Positions 27,283 to 37,500 of a stretch of 59,551 nt of DNA are shown piece after piece. The notes under the pieces are model-generated. The model saw nothing but the letters and a program-made list of their open reading frames with translations, had not been told where the DNA came from and ran no database searches. Both the position numbers and the translations under genes were made by a program. Origin of the DNA: a virus (taxonomy: Duplodnaviria; Caudoviricetes). The DNA lies in IMG/VR virus record IMGVR_UViG_3300036768_001410, positions 1 through 59,551 of that record. One strand, written 5' to 3'. Within the stretch, counting starts at the first letter, position 1. The number at the start of each line of letters is the position of its first letter.

Positions 27283-28842
27283 ATGCCTACAACACTCTTA
27301 GAGCTTCGGACTCGACTACGTCGGTATATTGGAGAGCCCTACTCCGCAGGAGAGACGTCTCTTGACGGAACATGGCTTGACTCTGAGCTTAACGACGACA
27401 TAAATGATGCCGCTCGCGTTGTCTGCTCAGAGTGTATTACTCCAGACAAAAGAGCCCTCCTTCAGAAGGTTCATGTCATACGTGTTGTACCGAAACAAAG
27501 AGAATACTTGCTTCCATACGAAGTGGCGGAAGTTCTCTTCGTAGAATATTGGAACAATGGGGTTCGGTATATTCTTCCACAAGACCCTTCTCTGCAGGCG
27601 ATGATTGGTTCTATCACGAATAACGTGGCTACTACGATTCCATACGGCTATCAGGTGTATAGAAGCGGTCGTAGTATTATCACGGAGGGAATTGCGACGG
27701 GCGGTTCGTCCACGACGCTTGTAGACTCAGACAGAACGGGTAGCGCTCAGTACGCTTTTGATACTGGAAGCGCTGTAAAAGACGATGAAGGAGCCGCGCT
27801 TTCAGCTGGAGATGTAGTCATCAACGTAACAGATGGATCGGAAGCGACCATTACTGCTGTAACAAATGCTTCTACGTTGACTTTTTCCTCCCTTTCAGGA
27901 GGAAGAAGAAATAACTTTGAGAAGGGTGATTACTATCGTGTAGTTCAAAAGGAAGCGAATCGTCCTGTTATGTTCATCAACCCGCCAACTACAAAGGGCG
28001 ATGAAACTACTGCGATTGAGTTTGATAATGCTTCGGATGGAACCTATGCCATTGGAAATATCAGTGGCACAGAGCAAAAGGTTGCCCAGTCGTTCAAGCT
28101 TACTCGTGATACCGTTGTACGTTCAGTAAAGCTTTATCTTGGGAAGAAAACCGGTACTCCTCTTGGCAACATAACTGTTCGTATTGAGACGAATAACGGT
28201 TCCGTTCCTTCTGGAACGCTTGCGAATTTTTATGCCAAAGCCACGTTGGATGAAAATTCTATTATAGAATCCGGTTGGAATCACTTTGTATTTAACAACC
28301 CATTTCGTTTGTCCACAAATACTACTTATTGGATAGTAGCGGAAATACCAGCGCAGTCAAATTACTATGCAACACCTAATAACAATTATTGGACATGGGC
28401 ATACAACAATGGGAATGGCTACGAGAATGGCACGGCGGCACTTTACAATGGGACATCTTGGTCAGCAGTTAGCGCGAACGATATGCTGTTCACTGTAAAC
28501 GCGGCTATGTCTGATGAATCTATCTACGTCCATTACGCGGCGTTGCCAGCGACGATGTCTTCTAATTCAGACATTTTGGAACTGCCTTATCGTGCGGAGG
28601 AGGTCGTGCTTCGATATGCCATTTGGTTGGCTTTGAGGAAGCGAAGTACCGTAGGCAGTATTGTAGACAACGCCTATCAGATGTATGTGCTGGGGTTAGA
28701 AGATTTGAAGCGGTGGGTGCATCGAGAAGGACAGCAAGGTTATTGGGCGGTACGCAATGTCTTGCCAACCGCTGGCAGACGTTTGAATGTAAGACAGACC
28801 GCAGACCCTGCCCAATTCAAGTTTCCTCGTACGTTTGGATAG
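27283..28842 (+). CDS. Head-tail adaptor/tail tubular A-like protein with inserted beta domains
   Basis: TLLELRTRLRR..ELNDDINDA N-terminus, VHYAALP..LPYRAEEVVLRYA C-terminus, AQSF beta-sandwich insert. Confidence 0.6.
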   Translation: MPTTLLELRTRLRRYIGEPYSAGETSLDGTWLDSELNDDINDAARVVCSECITPDKRALLQKVHVIRVVPKQREYLLPYEVAEVLFVEYWNNGVRYILPQDPSLQAMIGSITNNVATTIPYGYQVYRSGRSIITEGIATGGSSTTLVDSDRTGSAQYAFDTGSAVKDDEGAALSAGDVVINVTDGSEATITAVTNASTLTFSSLSGGRRNNFEKGDYYRVVQKEANRPVMFINPPTTKGDETTAIEFDNASDGTYAIGNISGTEQKVAQSFKLTRDTVVRSVKLYLGKKTGTPLGNITVRIETNNGSVPSGTLANFYAKATLDENSIIESGWNHFVFNNPFRLSTNTTYWIVAEIPAQSNYYATPNNNYWTWAYNNGNGYENGTAALYNGTSWSAVSANDMLFTVNAAMSDESIYVHYAALPATMSSNSDILELPYRAEEVVLRYAIWLALRKRSTVGSIVDNAYQMYVLGLEDLKRWVHREGQQGYWAVRNVLPTAGRRLNVRQTADPAQFKFPRTFG

Positions 28843-28851
28843 GAGATAGCC

Positions 28852-29298
28852 ATGCCGTTGATTTCTGCTCTCATCAAGGACTTCGAGAGCGCGGATTCTA
28901 CGTCCGTAGAGACTACCTCGGCGGTTCATGTCCCCGGCGGAGTCATCTATGGGGAGCTGGAACTAGTCGTCGCAACGACGGTCATCGGTACCGGAGATAA
29001 ACTGGACATCTATGTTCAGTGTGCGAATGAGAACGCATATTTCCGGGACTACGCATGTTTCACTCTTCAGCAGGCTCATACTGCGTCGCCAACGGCTCCT
29101 CTTGTGATTCGGTATCCTATTGTTCCTCCGGCTACGGCGGTTGCTGGTACTGGCGGTTCAGATGGGACTATGGCGTCGAGCACCGTTTCAACATCATTGA
29201 TGGCGGGAGCCTTCTGGAGGGTGAGAGAAAAAATAGGTAATACCGGTGGGACGTGGAACTATCGGCTAACCCTATATAGAAGGAAGTATCCTCAATGA
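28852..29298 (+). CDS. Structural protein
   Basis: Beta-rich, AGGAG SD, lies in the tail operon. Confidence 0.55.
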   Translation: MPLISALIKDFESADSTSVETTSAVHVPGGVIYGELELVVATTVIGTGDKLDIYVQCANENAYFRDYACFTLQQAHTASPTAPLVIRYPIVPPATAVAGTGGSDGTMASSTVSTSLMAGAFWRVREKIGNTGGTWNYRLTLYRRKYPQ

Positions 29299-29549
29299 GA
29301 ATTGTATTAGAAGGTGAACAAAAGGCACGTCTTTGCGAGCTAGTTCGATTGAGGAAAGACTTAGCAGACGAAATTCAAGAGCGCGTAAAAGTTGCTCAAA
29401 TGATGATTGAATCCTTGACGCGTAGGATTCAAGTGGTTGCGTTTGAAATCGCAAACGAAATGGGCATTTCCTCCGATGCTCAGCTGAACATAGACGAATG
29501 GTGCTTCGAGCTACCAGATAAAGAGAAGGAGGACGCAAATGCCAGCTAA
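29295..29549 (+). CDS. Hypothetical protein
   Basis: ATGA-coupled to the upstream gene. Confidence 0.55.
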   Translation: MRIVLEGEQKARLCELVRLRKDLADEIQERVKVAQMMIESLTRRIQVVAFEIANEMGISSDAQLNIDEWCFELPDKEKEDANAS

Positions 29550-29712
29550 AAGCAAGGCGCAATTCCGTCTGATGAAGGGAATCGCAGAAGGTAGTATCAA
29601 ACCCCGTAAAGGACTCCCGTCTAAAAAAGAAGCGGCGGAGTTCGTGGAAGGACAATCTCCGAAGGGTCTTCCTGAGAGAGTAAAGAAGCGAAAGAAGAAA
29701 TCCGGATACTAG
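29539..29712 (+). CDS. Small basic MPAKSKAQ-type (DUF3008-like) protein (not in the ORF track)
   Basis: AGGAGG SD; MPAKSKAQFRLM...KGLPERVKK, 57 aa. Confidence 0.65.
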   Translation: MPAKSKAQFRLMKGIAEGSIKPRKGLPSKKEAAEFVEGQSPKGLPERVKKRKKKSGY

Positions 29713-29729
29713 CCGGAGGAAATGCTTCT

Positions 29730-31862
29730 ATGCCGATTCTTCGACTGAGAAACTTCAGCAGAGGACTTGTCACAGACCCCGCCTTTGATGGAAAAGGCGG
29801 GGCTGATGATATTCAAAACCTGGAGATTGACCGACACGGAAGACTTGTATCTCGTAAAGGATATAAAGTGCTTCTTACATCTGCCCCTGGTGGCGGACTT
29901 GTTACTAACTTGTATAGAGGATATTATGCACAATACGCCAGCACGGAAAAAAAGGATTACACTAACGTCATCGCAACAGTTGCTGCAACAACAGCATTGC
30001 ATAGAGCCCAGGTTACGGAATACTTGGAAATACTTAACTACTCCAAGAGTCCTACGGCTTCTTTCAAGCCAAAACGTATTGAAGACCTATTTTGCGGAGG
30101 TATTGTTTTTCAGAATAGATTTTTCATTGGATTTAGTAGTAATGAAGAGAACCCTGCGTGGGTTGACTTGGATAGTACCTCTACGTTGAAGGGATATACA
30201 TTGGGAAGAGATGCTCCTACGAACCCAACATTATCTCTCGTGTCGGGAGTAGGAGATTTAAATACATTATCGTGGTATGGGTTTGCATATACGTTCTATA
30301 ACAGCACCTATGGCATAGAAACAAAGCCAACGTCCACTATTGCAATTCAAACAACGGCTTCTGATAAAAGGGTGAGAATTACTTTGACAAGAGACGTAGA
30401 CCAGCAATGGAATAAATTCAGAATTTATCGTACGACCGCCCAAACTACGCAGGCTGCTGCTCAAAGCGCGTCCATATTCTTTGTTGGTGAGGTTACTCAT
30501 ACGCCCGGTACTGGAACCGTAACGGTTGATGTGGATGCTACGACTATCGGGGGAGTGTCTTATACGCTAGGTGCTGAGAATGATACGGATGATCACGACC
30601 GATTGACCCATCGTTGGGCTTTTGCAAAAGGATATGCTGGTAGGATATGGGCAGTTATTCTTCCGCGTACCATTGTGTTCTCGAAGTTAACTACTACGGG
30701 AATGTTTCCAGATTGGTTCCCGCAAGAGAACAGCATAGAAATAGGCTCCGCATCCGATACTATAACCGGGTTGGAGCTAATCCCCGGCGGCGGGGGATTA
30801 TTGGTATTCACAGACCGACGTATATTTGTACTACGAGGAGATTCTATTGCCAATATAGACATATCGTCTAATTTGAGTGCCGCAGGGTGCGCTTATCCTA
30901 GAACAATAGTGGACATGGGAGATTACATATACTACGTTGGAACAGACAATCAGATTTGGAGAACAAATGGTTCCACTGCGGAAGTTATATCTCGACCTAT
31001 AAACAACTTGATTTCTCATTTGCGTCCTTCATGGAAGTATATTCCCTGCGCTGTAAAGTACAGAAATCAATACTGGTTGTCTTTTCCAAGTGGAACCCCA
31101 GTAACGGAATCCAGTGCAAATACAACAATTACGTCCACCTCACCAATAATATTTAGTTCGTTAGTTGGGATGGGTACTTTTAAAATAAAAGATAATAACG
31201 GATGGGACTTGTCTAAGGTAAAGCCGGGTATGTTTTGTTTCACGTCGTCAGCTCCTGGTACGAACCCTGATAATATAGGCATGGTTACTTCCGTATCAGA
31301 TGCCACAGATGAAATCGTAGTAGAGCAAATATCCGTAAATATAACAAGTGGAGTTAAGTACTCAATAATAGCGAACGATACATGTTTGGTTTTTGACGCC
31401 ACGTTCGGTTACTGGACGAAGTTTAGTAATATTAATGCGTATTCTTTCCTGTGGTGGTATGGCTATGGTGGTAGTGATGATGTATATGATTCAGAAGTCT
31501 ATGCGTTTGGCGGTTTATGGTTTGGAAAATCGGACGGCGGGTTATATAGGTACAATCGAGGAACCTCCGATAACGGTTCTGCAATCGCATGCAAGTACAA
31601 AACCGATTGGAACATGTGGGATGATGAAACTAAAATAACAGGCGTTCGAGTAATATATGAACAAGGGACTGCTACAACAACGTCCGTCATACTTTACAAG
31701 AACTTCTCTTCTACGTCGGACGTATTTAAAACTTACCTTCCCGTATTGAACAAGGATTATCGTGTCGGTCTATGGAGTAGGGGACGCGCCCACCAGCTTG
31801 AAATATCGGGCAATGCGCTAGGGAAAATTCAAGAGATCGTCGTGGAGTACGAGAAGGGATAA
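29730..31862 (+). CDS. Tail nozzle/tubular protein B (P22 gp10-like)
   Basis: NFSRGL..NLEIDRHGRL N-terminus, propeller-like core, GCAYPRTIV; position in the tail operon. Confidence 0.7.
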   Translation: MPILRLRNFSRGLVTDPAFDGKGGADDIQNLEIDRHGRLVSRKGYKVLLTSAPGGGLVTNLYRGYYAQYASTEKKDYTNVIATVAATTALHRAQVTEYLEILNYSKSPTASFKPKRIEDLFCGGIVFQNRFFIGFSSNEENPAWVDLDSTSTLKGYTLGRDAPTNPTLSLVSGVGDLNTLSWYGFAYTFYNSTYGIETKPTSTIAIQTTASDKRVRITLTRDVDQQWNKFRIYRTTAQTTQAAAQSASIFFVGEVTHTPGTGTVTVDVDATTIGGVSYTLGAENDTDDHDRLTHRWAFAKGYAGRIWAVILPRTIVFSKLTTTGMFPDWFPQENSIEIGSASDTITGLELIPGGGGLLVFTDRRIFVLRGDSIANIDISSNLSAAGCAYPRTIVDMGDYIYYVGTDNQIWRTNGSTAEVISRPINNLISHLRPSWKYIPCAVKYRNQYWLSFPSGTPVTESSANTTITSTSPIIFSSLVGMGTFKIKDNNGWDLSKVKPGMFCFTSSAPGTNPDNIGMVTSVSDATDEIVVEQISVNITSGVKYSIIANDTCLVFDATFGYWTKFSNINAYSFLWWYGYGGSDDVYDSEVYAFGGLWFGKSDGGLYRYNRGTSDNGSAIACKYKTDWNMWDDETKITGVRVIYEQGTATTTSVILYKNFSSTSDVFKTYLPVLNKDYRVGLWSRGRAHQLEISGNALGKIQEIVVEYEKG

Positions 31863-31896
31863 GTTCGGTCTCTTAATCAGATTCCGTAGGTGAAGC

Positions 31897-34164
31897 ATGC
31901 CCGTCCTTCCTAATCTGTCACCAACACTATCAGATACGAAGCAGCTGATACATGCGCTTCGACTCATTTTGTCTGAGATAGAAAAACGTATTTCGCCCAC
32001 CATTGTAACGAGTTCACCAAGTTCTGAGAAAAATGATGGGTTCTTCGGCGAACTTAGAGTTAAATCGAGTGACTCATCTACAAATCTTTTCTGGAATCTA
32101 ATAGGTTCAGATGGACTTCTGCAATGGAAAAAGATTCTTATTAGAGATGTCGTAGAACCGTCTACAACAAATGATAATGATGTGCTTGCTTATGATGCGG
32201 CTTCCGGTGAATGGATTCCACAAAGTGCTAGTGCCGCTGGACTCGTTGGAGGCCCTACCTCTTCAACTAACAACGCCGTAGTTCTTTGGGATGGAATAAC
32301 CGGAGCCCTTGTAAAAGATAGTAGTATTCTCTCAGGCACAGATACACCAGCAGACAATTATCTCTATGGCGGGGGCTCCTCGTTTGGACTTGCTACTGGG
32401 GTTTCTGCTGGAAAGGTGCTTAAGTTATCTGGATACAACGTTTCAGGAGGCACATGGACAGACTTTCTAACAATTACTGCGAACGCAACAGCTTCCGCTG
32501 ATTTGAACTCGTCGGTAACAATTGGTGGGTCTTATATATATCGTACTGGAGGAACGGACGTATCTGTTTCCGACGGCGGAACTGGAGTATCTTCCCTATC
32601 GGGACTCGTTGTAGGTAATGGCACCAGCCCTTTTACTGCTGTTACGACAAGTGCTGGACTTGCATCCGTAATTACGGATGAAACAGGATCAGGCGCGCTT
32701 GTCTTCAATACATCCCCAGGGTTTATAACCGCGGCAAATCCTTCCACAAATGACGGGGCTTCTCTTGGAACATCATCGCTTGGATGGAGCGACCTGTTTC
32801 TAGCCTCCGGTGCTGTAATCAACTTCGCTAATGGTAACTTTACCGCTACGCACTCTGCCGGAATGTTGACCCTAAGCGGCGACTTGTTAGTAGATGGTGG
32901 CGACATTGGCTTGACTACGGATACCGACCTTATTGGCTTGGGGGCGAATGCCCTTACCGTTCGTGGAACGCTTACCACGACGAGTACAATAACGGTACCA
33001 AATAATGTTGTTGTTCGGGGGGAACGTATTACTGCTGGTACTTATTTTGACCTTGCTTGGGTAGACACTTCCGATAATGTTCAACTTGCTGCCGGTACGA
33101 TAGTTAGAAACACGTCCTCTAATATTGGTATAGGTACGGGAACGAGTAATATCAACCTAACAGGATATAGTGGACAAGTAGCGTCATTATACCATGCTAA
33201 CTTGAGTTCTACGTTGGAGCTAGCCTCCGGTAGGACAGATGCCGATGCTGCTTCGGTAGGGACAGTAGGATGGGCGTTTAAGAACAACACGTTATCTTCT
33301 ACTGCGAAGCAGATAGCGGCAATAGATGGTATTACGGATGGGTCTACGGCAAATGATCGTGGCGGTAGAATAGCCTTTCGTACTCGGTCGAATGGTGCCG
33401 GTTCCGGTACGGGTGCCGTAACGCGTTGGGTGATAACAAGTACTGGTGACTTTCTCAAAGCATCGTCGGGTGGGGATATTGGGTTGACTACGGATACCGA
33501 CCTTCTTGGTCTCTCCGCGAATGCCCTTACTGTTCGTGGAACGCTTACTATATCAGGTGATCCTCGTATAGGTATAGGAACATCTCCTGTATCAAATACA
33601 GCAATAAGAATTGCTCCAATTGCTTCTGGAATAGGAACTCCATTTTATTTGATTACTGGTTTTGGTGCTAATACTAGTTGGCCTATATCTTTGTGCGGAA
33701 TTTATGATGCGGCTTATGTTGATACTTATCTTACGTTGAATGGCTATGTGGATGGCGGTACTAGGTCATCACCTACTTTTACTGGCGGAAATAATGGTGG
33801 TGCCTTCATACGTAGGCAGGGCGACGCAACTCCGGCTTTGGAAATGGGATATTATGGTGCGGGAAGTGGCGTTTCCGGGACAGTAGCATTATCTTTTGAT
33901 ACGTCTAGTAATGTGAAAATCACTGGGGACTTATTGGTAGATGGAGGTGACATCGGATTAACTACGGATACCGATCTTCTAGGATTGGCATCAAATCAAT
34001 TAACCGTACGTGGGGACATAATGTTTGCGGGAACAAATACTACCGGGTCGGGATCGGCTTCGCTGGGCTCTAACTGTCCAGCGGTTACTCTATCGGCTCC
34101 TTATACTTGGATTAAAGTTATAACTTCGGATGGTTCTACTGCGTACATTCCTGCGTGGAAGTGA
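31897..34164 (+). CDS. Tail fibre
   Basis: Gly/Ser/Thr-rich; VSDGGTG; three copies of GGDIGLTTDTDL.GL..N.LTVRG. Confidence 0.8.
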   Translation: MPVLPNLSPTLSDTKQLIHALRLILSEIEKRISPTIVTSSPSSEKNDGFFGELRVKSSDSSTNLFWNLIGSDGLLQWKKILIRDVVEPSTTNDNDVLAYDAASGEWIPQSASAAGLVGGPTSSTNNAVVLWDGITGALVKDSSILSGTDTPADNYLYGGGSSFGLATGVSAGKVLKLSGYNVSGGTWTDFLTITANATASADLNSSVTIGGSYIYRTGGTDVSVSDGGTGVSSLSGLVVGNGTSPFTAVTTSAGLASVITDETGSGALVFNTSPGFITAANPSTNDGASLGTSSLGWSDLFLASGAVINFANGNFTATHSAGMLTLSGDLLVDGGDIGLTTDTDLIGLGANALTVRGTLTTTSTITVPNNVVVRGERITAGTYFDLAWVDTSDNVQLAAGTIVRNTSSNIGIGTGTSNINLTGYSGQVASLYHANLSSTLELASGRTDADAASVGTVGWAFKNNTLSSTAKQIAAIDGITDGSTANDRGGRIAFRTRSNGAGSGTGAVTRWVITSTGDFLKASSGGDIGLTTDTDLLGLSANALTVRGTLTISGDPRIGIGTSPVSNTAIRIAPIASGIGTPFYLITGFGANTSWPISLCGIYDAAYVDTYLTLNGYVDGGTRSSPTFTGGNNGGAFIRRQGDATPALEMGYYGAGSGVSGTVALSFDTSSNVKITGDLLVDGGDIGLTTDTDLLGLASNQLTVRGDIMFAGTNTTGSGSASLGSNCPAVTLSAPYTWIKVITSDGSTAYIPAWK

Positions 34165-34182
34165 CAAAAGGGGAGGTATCTC

Positions 34183-34506
34183 ATGGCTCGAAGCACGCAT
34201 GTCGTTTTGGGGGAGATTGAGTTCCGGGCTATTACGTACAGCATCTCCGTAAAGGATGCTGTATTTGTGGTGGACGTGAAAGCTTTCGATCGCGATGGCA
34301 AGGAGATAAGAGAGCTTTCGTTCACTATAACGCTTTCTGACGAGGACTTCAACGCATTCTATGTGAATGGGTTTACGTCAGATGCCGATTTAGACACGCT
34401 TATAGTGGAATACGTGCAGCGGAAGATAGGAGACGGCTTCTGGAAGGGATTTGATAAGGTTATCCCAGACCCTTCTTACCTGCCGGATTACAAATCGGAA
34501 TCGTAA
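34183..34506 (+). CDS. Hypothetical protein (possible fibre chaperone)
   Basis: GGAGG SD; follows the fibre gene. Confidence 0.55.
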   Translation: MARSTHVVLGEIEFRAITYSISVKDAVFVVDVKAFDRDGKEIRELSFTITLSDEDFNAFYVNGFTSDADLDTLIVEYVQRKIGDGFWKGFDKVIPDPSYLPDYKSES

Positions 34507-34529
34507 TCCAATGTCTGTAATTCGGCATT
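34503..34529 (+). promoter_or_regulatory. Putative late promoter GTAAT-N17-GCATT
   Basis: Motif match upstream of the 1924-aa gene. Confidence 0.55.
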
Positions 34530-34552
34530 TTAGTTAATAGAGGAGTACCCTT

Positions 34553-37500
34553 ATGCCCCCAATCTATGACCCGCTTTCTACTGTAATCCTCAATACAAAT
34601 AACATATTGGGTAACTCTCGGACGAGCCAATCTGGTACTAGCCAATCTGGTATAAATCAGTTCGGTACAAGTACTTCTACTGCGAATCCTTTTCAAAATG
34701 AAATGCTCGATGTCTGGAATAGAACAGGAGACATTGCCCAAGTTATCCGCTTGATTCAACAGCGAAATGCTGGGCAAGCAACATCTACTACCGGCGGTAT
34801 ATTCTCTCCGACGACGACAACGGCTTCGACAGGAAGCGTTTTTCGCCCGACTACTACGACTACCGGTGGCATATTCTCTCAGACTACGACGACAACTACG
34901 GGACAGGTTTTCCCGTCAATAACGGCAACGTCGGTACTAGATGCGTTGAATAATGCCGCTAGAGAAAATAACAGTTCCCTGGGCAATAATTCTTCAACTG
35001 ACAATATCTATAATGAAACATATGGTATAGGCGCGCCTGGAGCTCCCGGAGCTCCCGGTTGGCCGAGTGGTATTAATATCAACGTAAATAGTGCTGCCGG
35101 AACCACTACGGTTGAAATTGGGCCAGATAAGGTTGGTGCTAGACATACGTTTACGTTTTCTAACCTGCGTGACTTATGGGGACAACTCAGAGCAATATTT
35201 TCAAATGAAACAGTTGACTCTATTAGGTCTAAAATAAAAAGTATATTTCTTAAGATGGGAAAAACTCCGCCATCGGATGACGAAATAAGCAAGGTAGCAT
35301 CTGACTATGGGGAGTCTGTAGGCGGCGGGCGTAGCGGAGGCGGCGGGGGGAATAATAACGGCGGTAATCCTGGAGGTAATCCTGCTGATTATTATACGAC
35401 CACTGGTATAGTTAGCACTGGTATATTCAGCACTGGCATTCCTGATAATTTTAGTAGTAGTGCTGGTTTTAATCCAGGGTATCAACCCCCTCGCCAAGAT
35501 AATACTAGTGCCACGACTACTTGGGCGGATTTGAAAGTTAATCCTGAAAATACGAAATCGGTTAGTGCCGGAAGTGGGTGGAATAATGTAGGCAACTGGA
35601 CGTGGGACCAGGCGCTCGGTGCTCAATTCTCTGATTTGAGGAGAATGAACGGATTTCAGAATCCTAATGCGGGAAGATTGTTCAATTACGCAAATGAAGG
35701 ATTTGAAGATGTCCTTAGGAACTTACGTTCTATATATGATCAAGAAATTCCCTTCGGCACGGAATCTCGTCAGGCTATCCCGCAGCTTCGTTCAGCCCTC
35801 GTCGGCGGCCTTGGCACTCAGTCTCCCGAAGAAACGGCCCTTCAACGCGCTCTCTCCTCTTTTGCTCGCTCTGGACTAACACAGTCGGGTTCGGCACAGC
35901 AATCATTACTGGATGCTTTGAACGCTCTCGGAGGAAACGTTTCCGCAGTGTCTCCAAATGGAGACATACCAGAATCCTTAATAAGGTTATCTCAATCCGG
36001 TACACCACAAGATACTGCCGTACAACAGGCATTGACCCGGATGCTAACGCAGACAGGAATCACCAATGCGGCATTGAATCAGCTGTTGTCCCCGACGGGC
36101 GCCGGGTTTACGCCGAGTAACTTGTCCGGTCTCAGGGATGTGTCGTTGCCCGGTATGGGTCAAGACTTCCAGAGTTCCTTGGGTCGGATGCTTAGTCAGA
36201 CGGGGATTACCAATGCGGCGTTGAATCAACTGTTGTCTCAGACGGGCGGCGAGTTTACGCCGAGTGCGTTGGAGAGTCTTTCTAGTGCGGTGAAAACGCA
36301 AGCTCCTCTGAGACCTGGTGATCCTGGATATGACCCTCGATGGGATAGAGAACGTCCGTATGATCCTGTGCGGAATCCGATGGGGTACCGTTCAGATATA
36401 CAAGATATAGCAAGAACGGCATCCCAACTTTCAGGATTTCAGCCAGCGGCGCTTCAAAATGTTCCCGCAGCACCTTCGGCACCTCAACTGGGAACAATAG
36501 ATACAAGGGCGGCTTCCAATGCACAGGCGGCATTGTTCAGTCAGGCAACCCAAAATGCTCTTTCCGGGACAAACCCTGCAATAGAGCGCTTGCTGTGGGG
36601 AGTCGGAGGGAGCGCCGCCGCAGATGCCCTATACAACTACAATCCAACTGCTCAACTTCAAACGCCTACGACGACTACTCCACAGGCAATTACTGCCGAC
36701 CAAACACAACTTGGAAATATAAATGCCGCGGTATCTCAATTGCTCAATCAGCAGACTCCTAATGTAGGAGTATCTCAAGATGAAGTAATGCGCAGGGCCT
36801 TTAATCGGGCGTTGATGATTTCGGATTTGCAACCCGGAATGGAGGGGTATGACCAGGGATGGGATAGAACACATCCGTTCAATCCGATAACGAATCCAGA
36901 AGGTTATCGAACGCCGGTAACAATAAGTGCTCCTAGCGAAAATATTCAAGCGTTCGGCGAAGCAGATCGCCAGCGGCAGATATTGGATCAAGCAATCCAG
37001 CAGCAACTTTCACCAGAGCAACTTTCAGAAGTACAAGCGGTTCGTGGTGCAAATGTTGGAGTTAGCGCAGACACCGCTCAATCTCGTTACTATCAAACTC
37101 TCGTAGAGCAAGGGCTTCCAGCATTTCAGGCAGAGCTTTTGGCACGTGCGCTAGGTCAAACGACAGAGGCGCAACGTGCAGCGGAGGAAGCCCAACTAGC
37201 GTCTGCCGCGAGGGCGCAGCGGTTATTTCTTGCCAATGATCCATATAGTTTGGGAGGACGCGGGCTTGCTGGTTCCGGTATAGGACAAGGCATTGCCGCT
37301 CGTGAGATGTCGAGGGCAATGCGTGATGTCGTGGAGCAGCAGGCACAACAACGCTTTGCGGCACAGCAAGCTGCTGCGCAACAGTATGCGGCGTTGAACG
37401 CAGAGCTCGCCGCTCGTCAACTTGCCCAAGCACGGCTAGGTCTTGATACCACGACCACGCAAGCGGGGTTGAATCTGCAACAGGCCGCTACCGCCGCTAA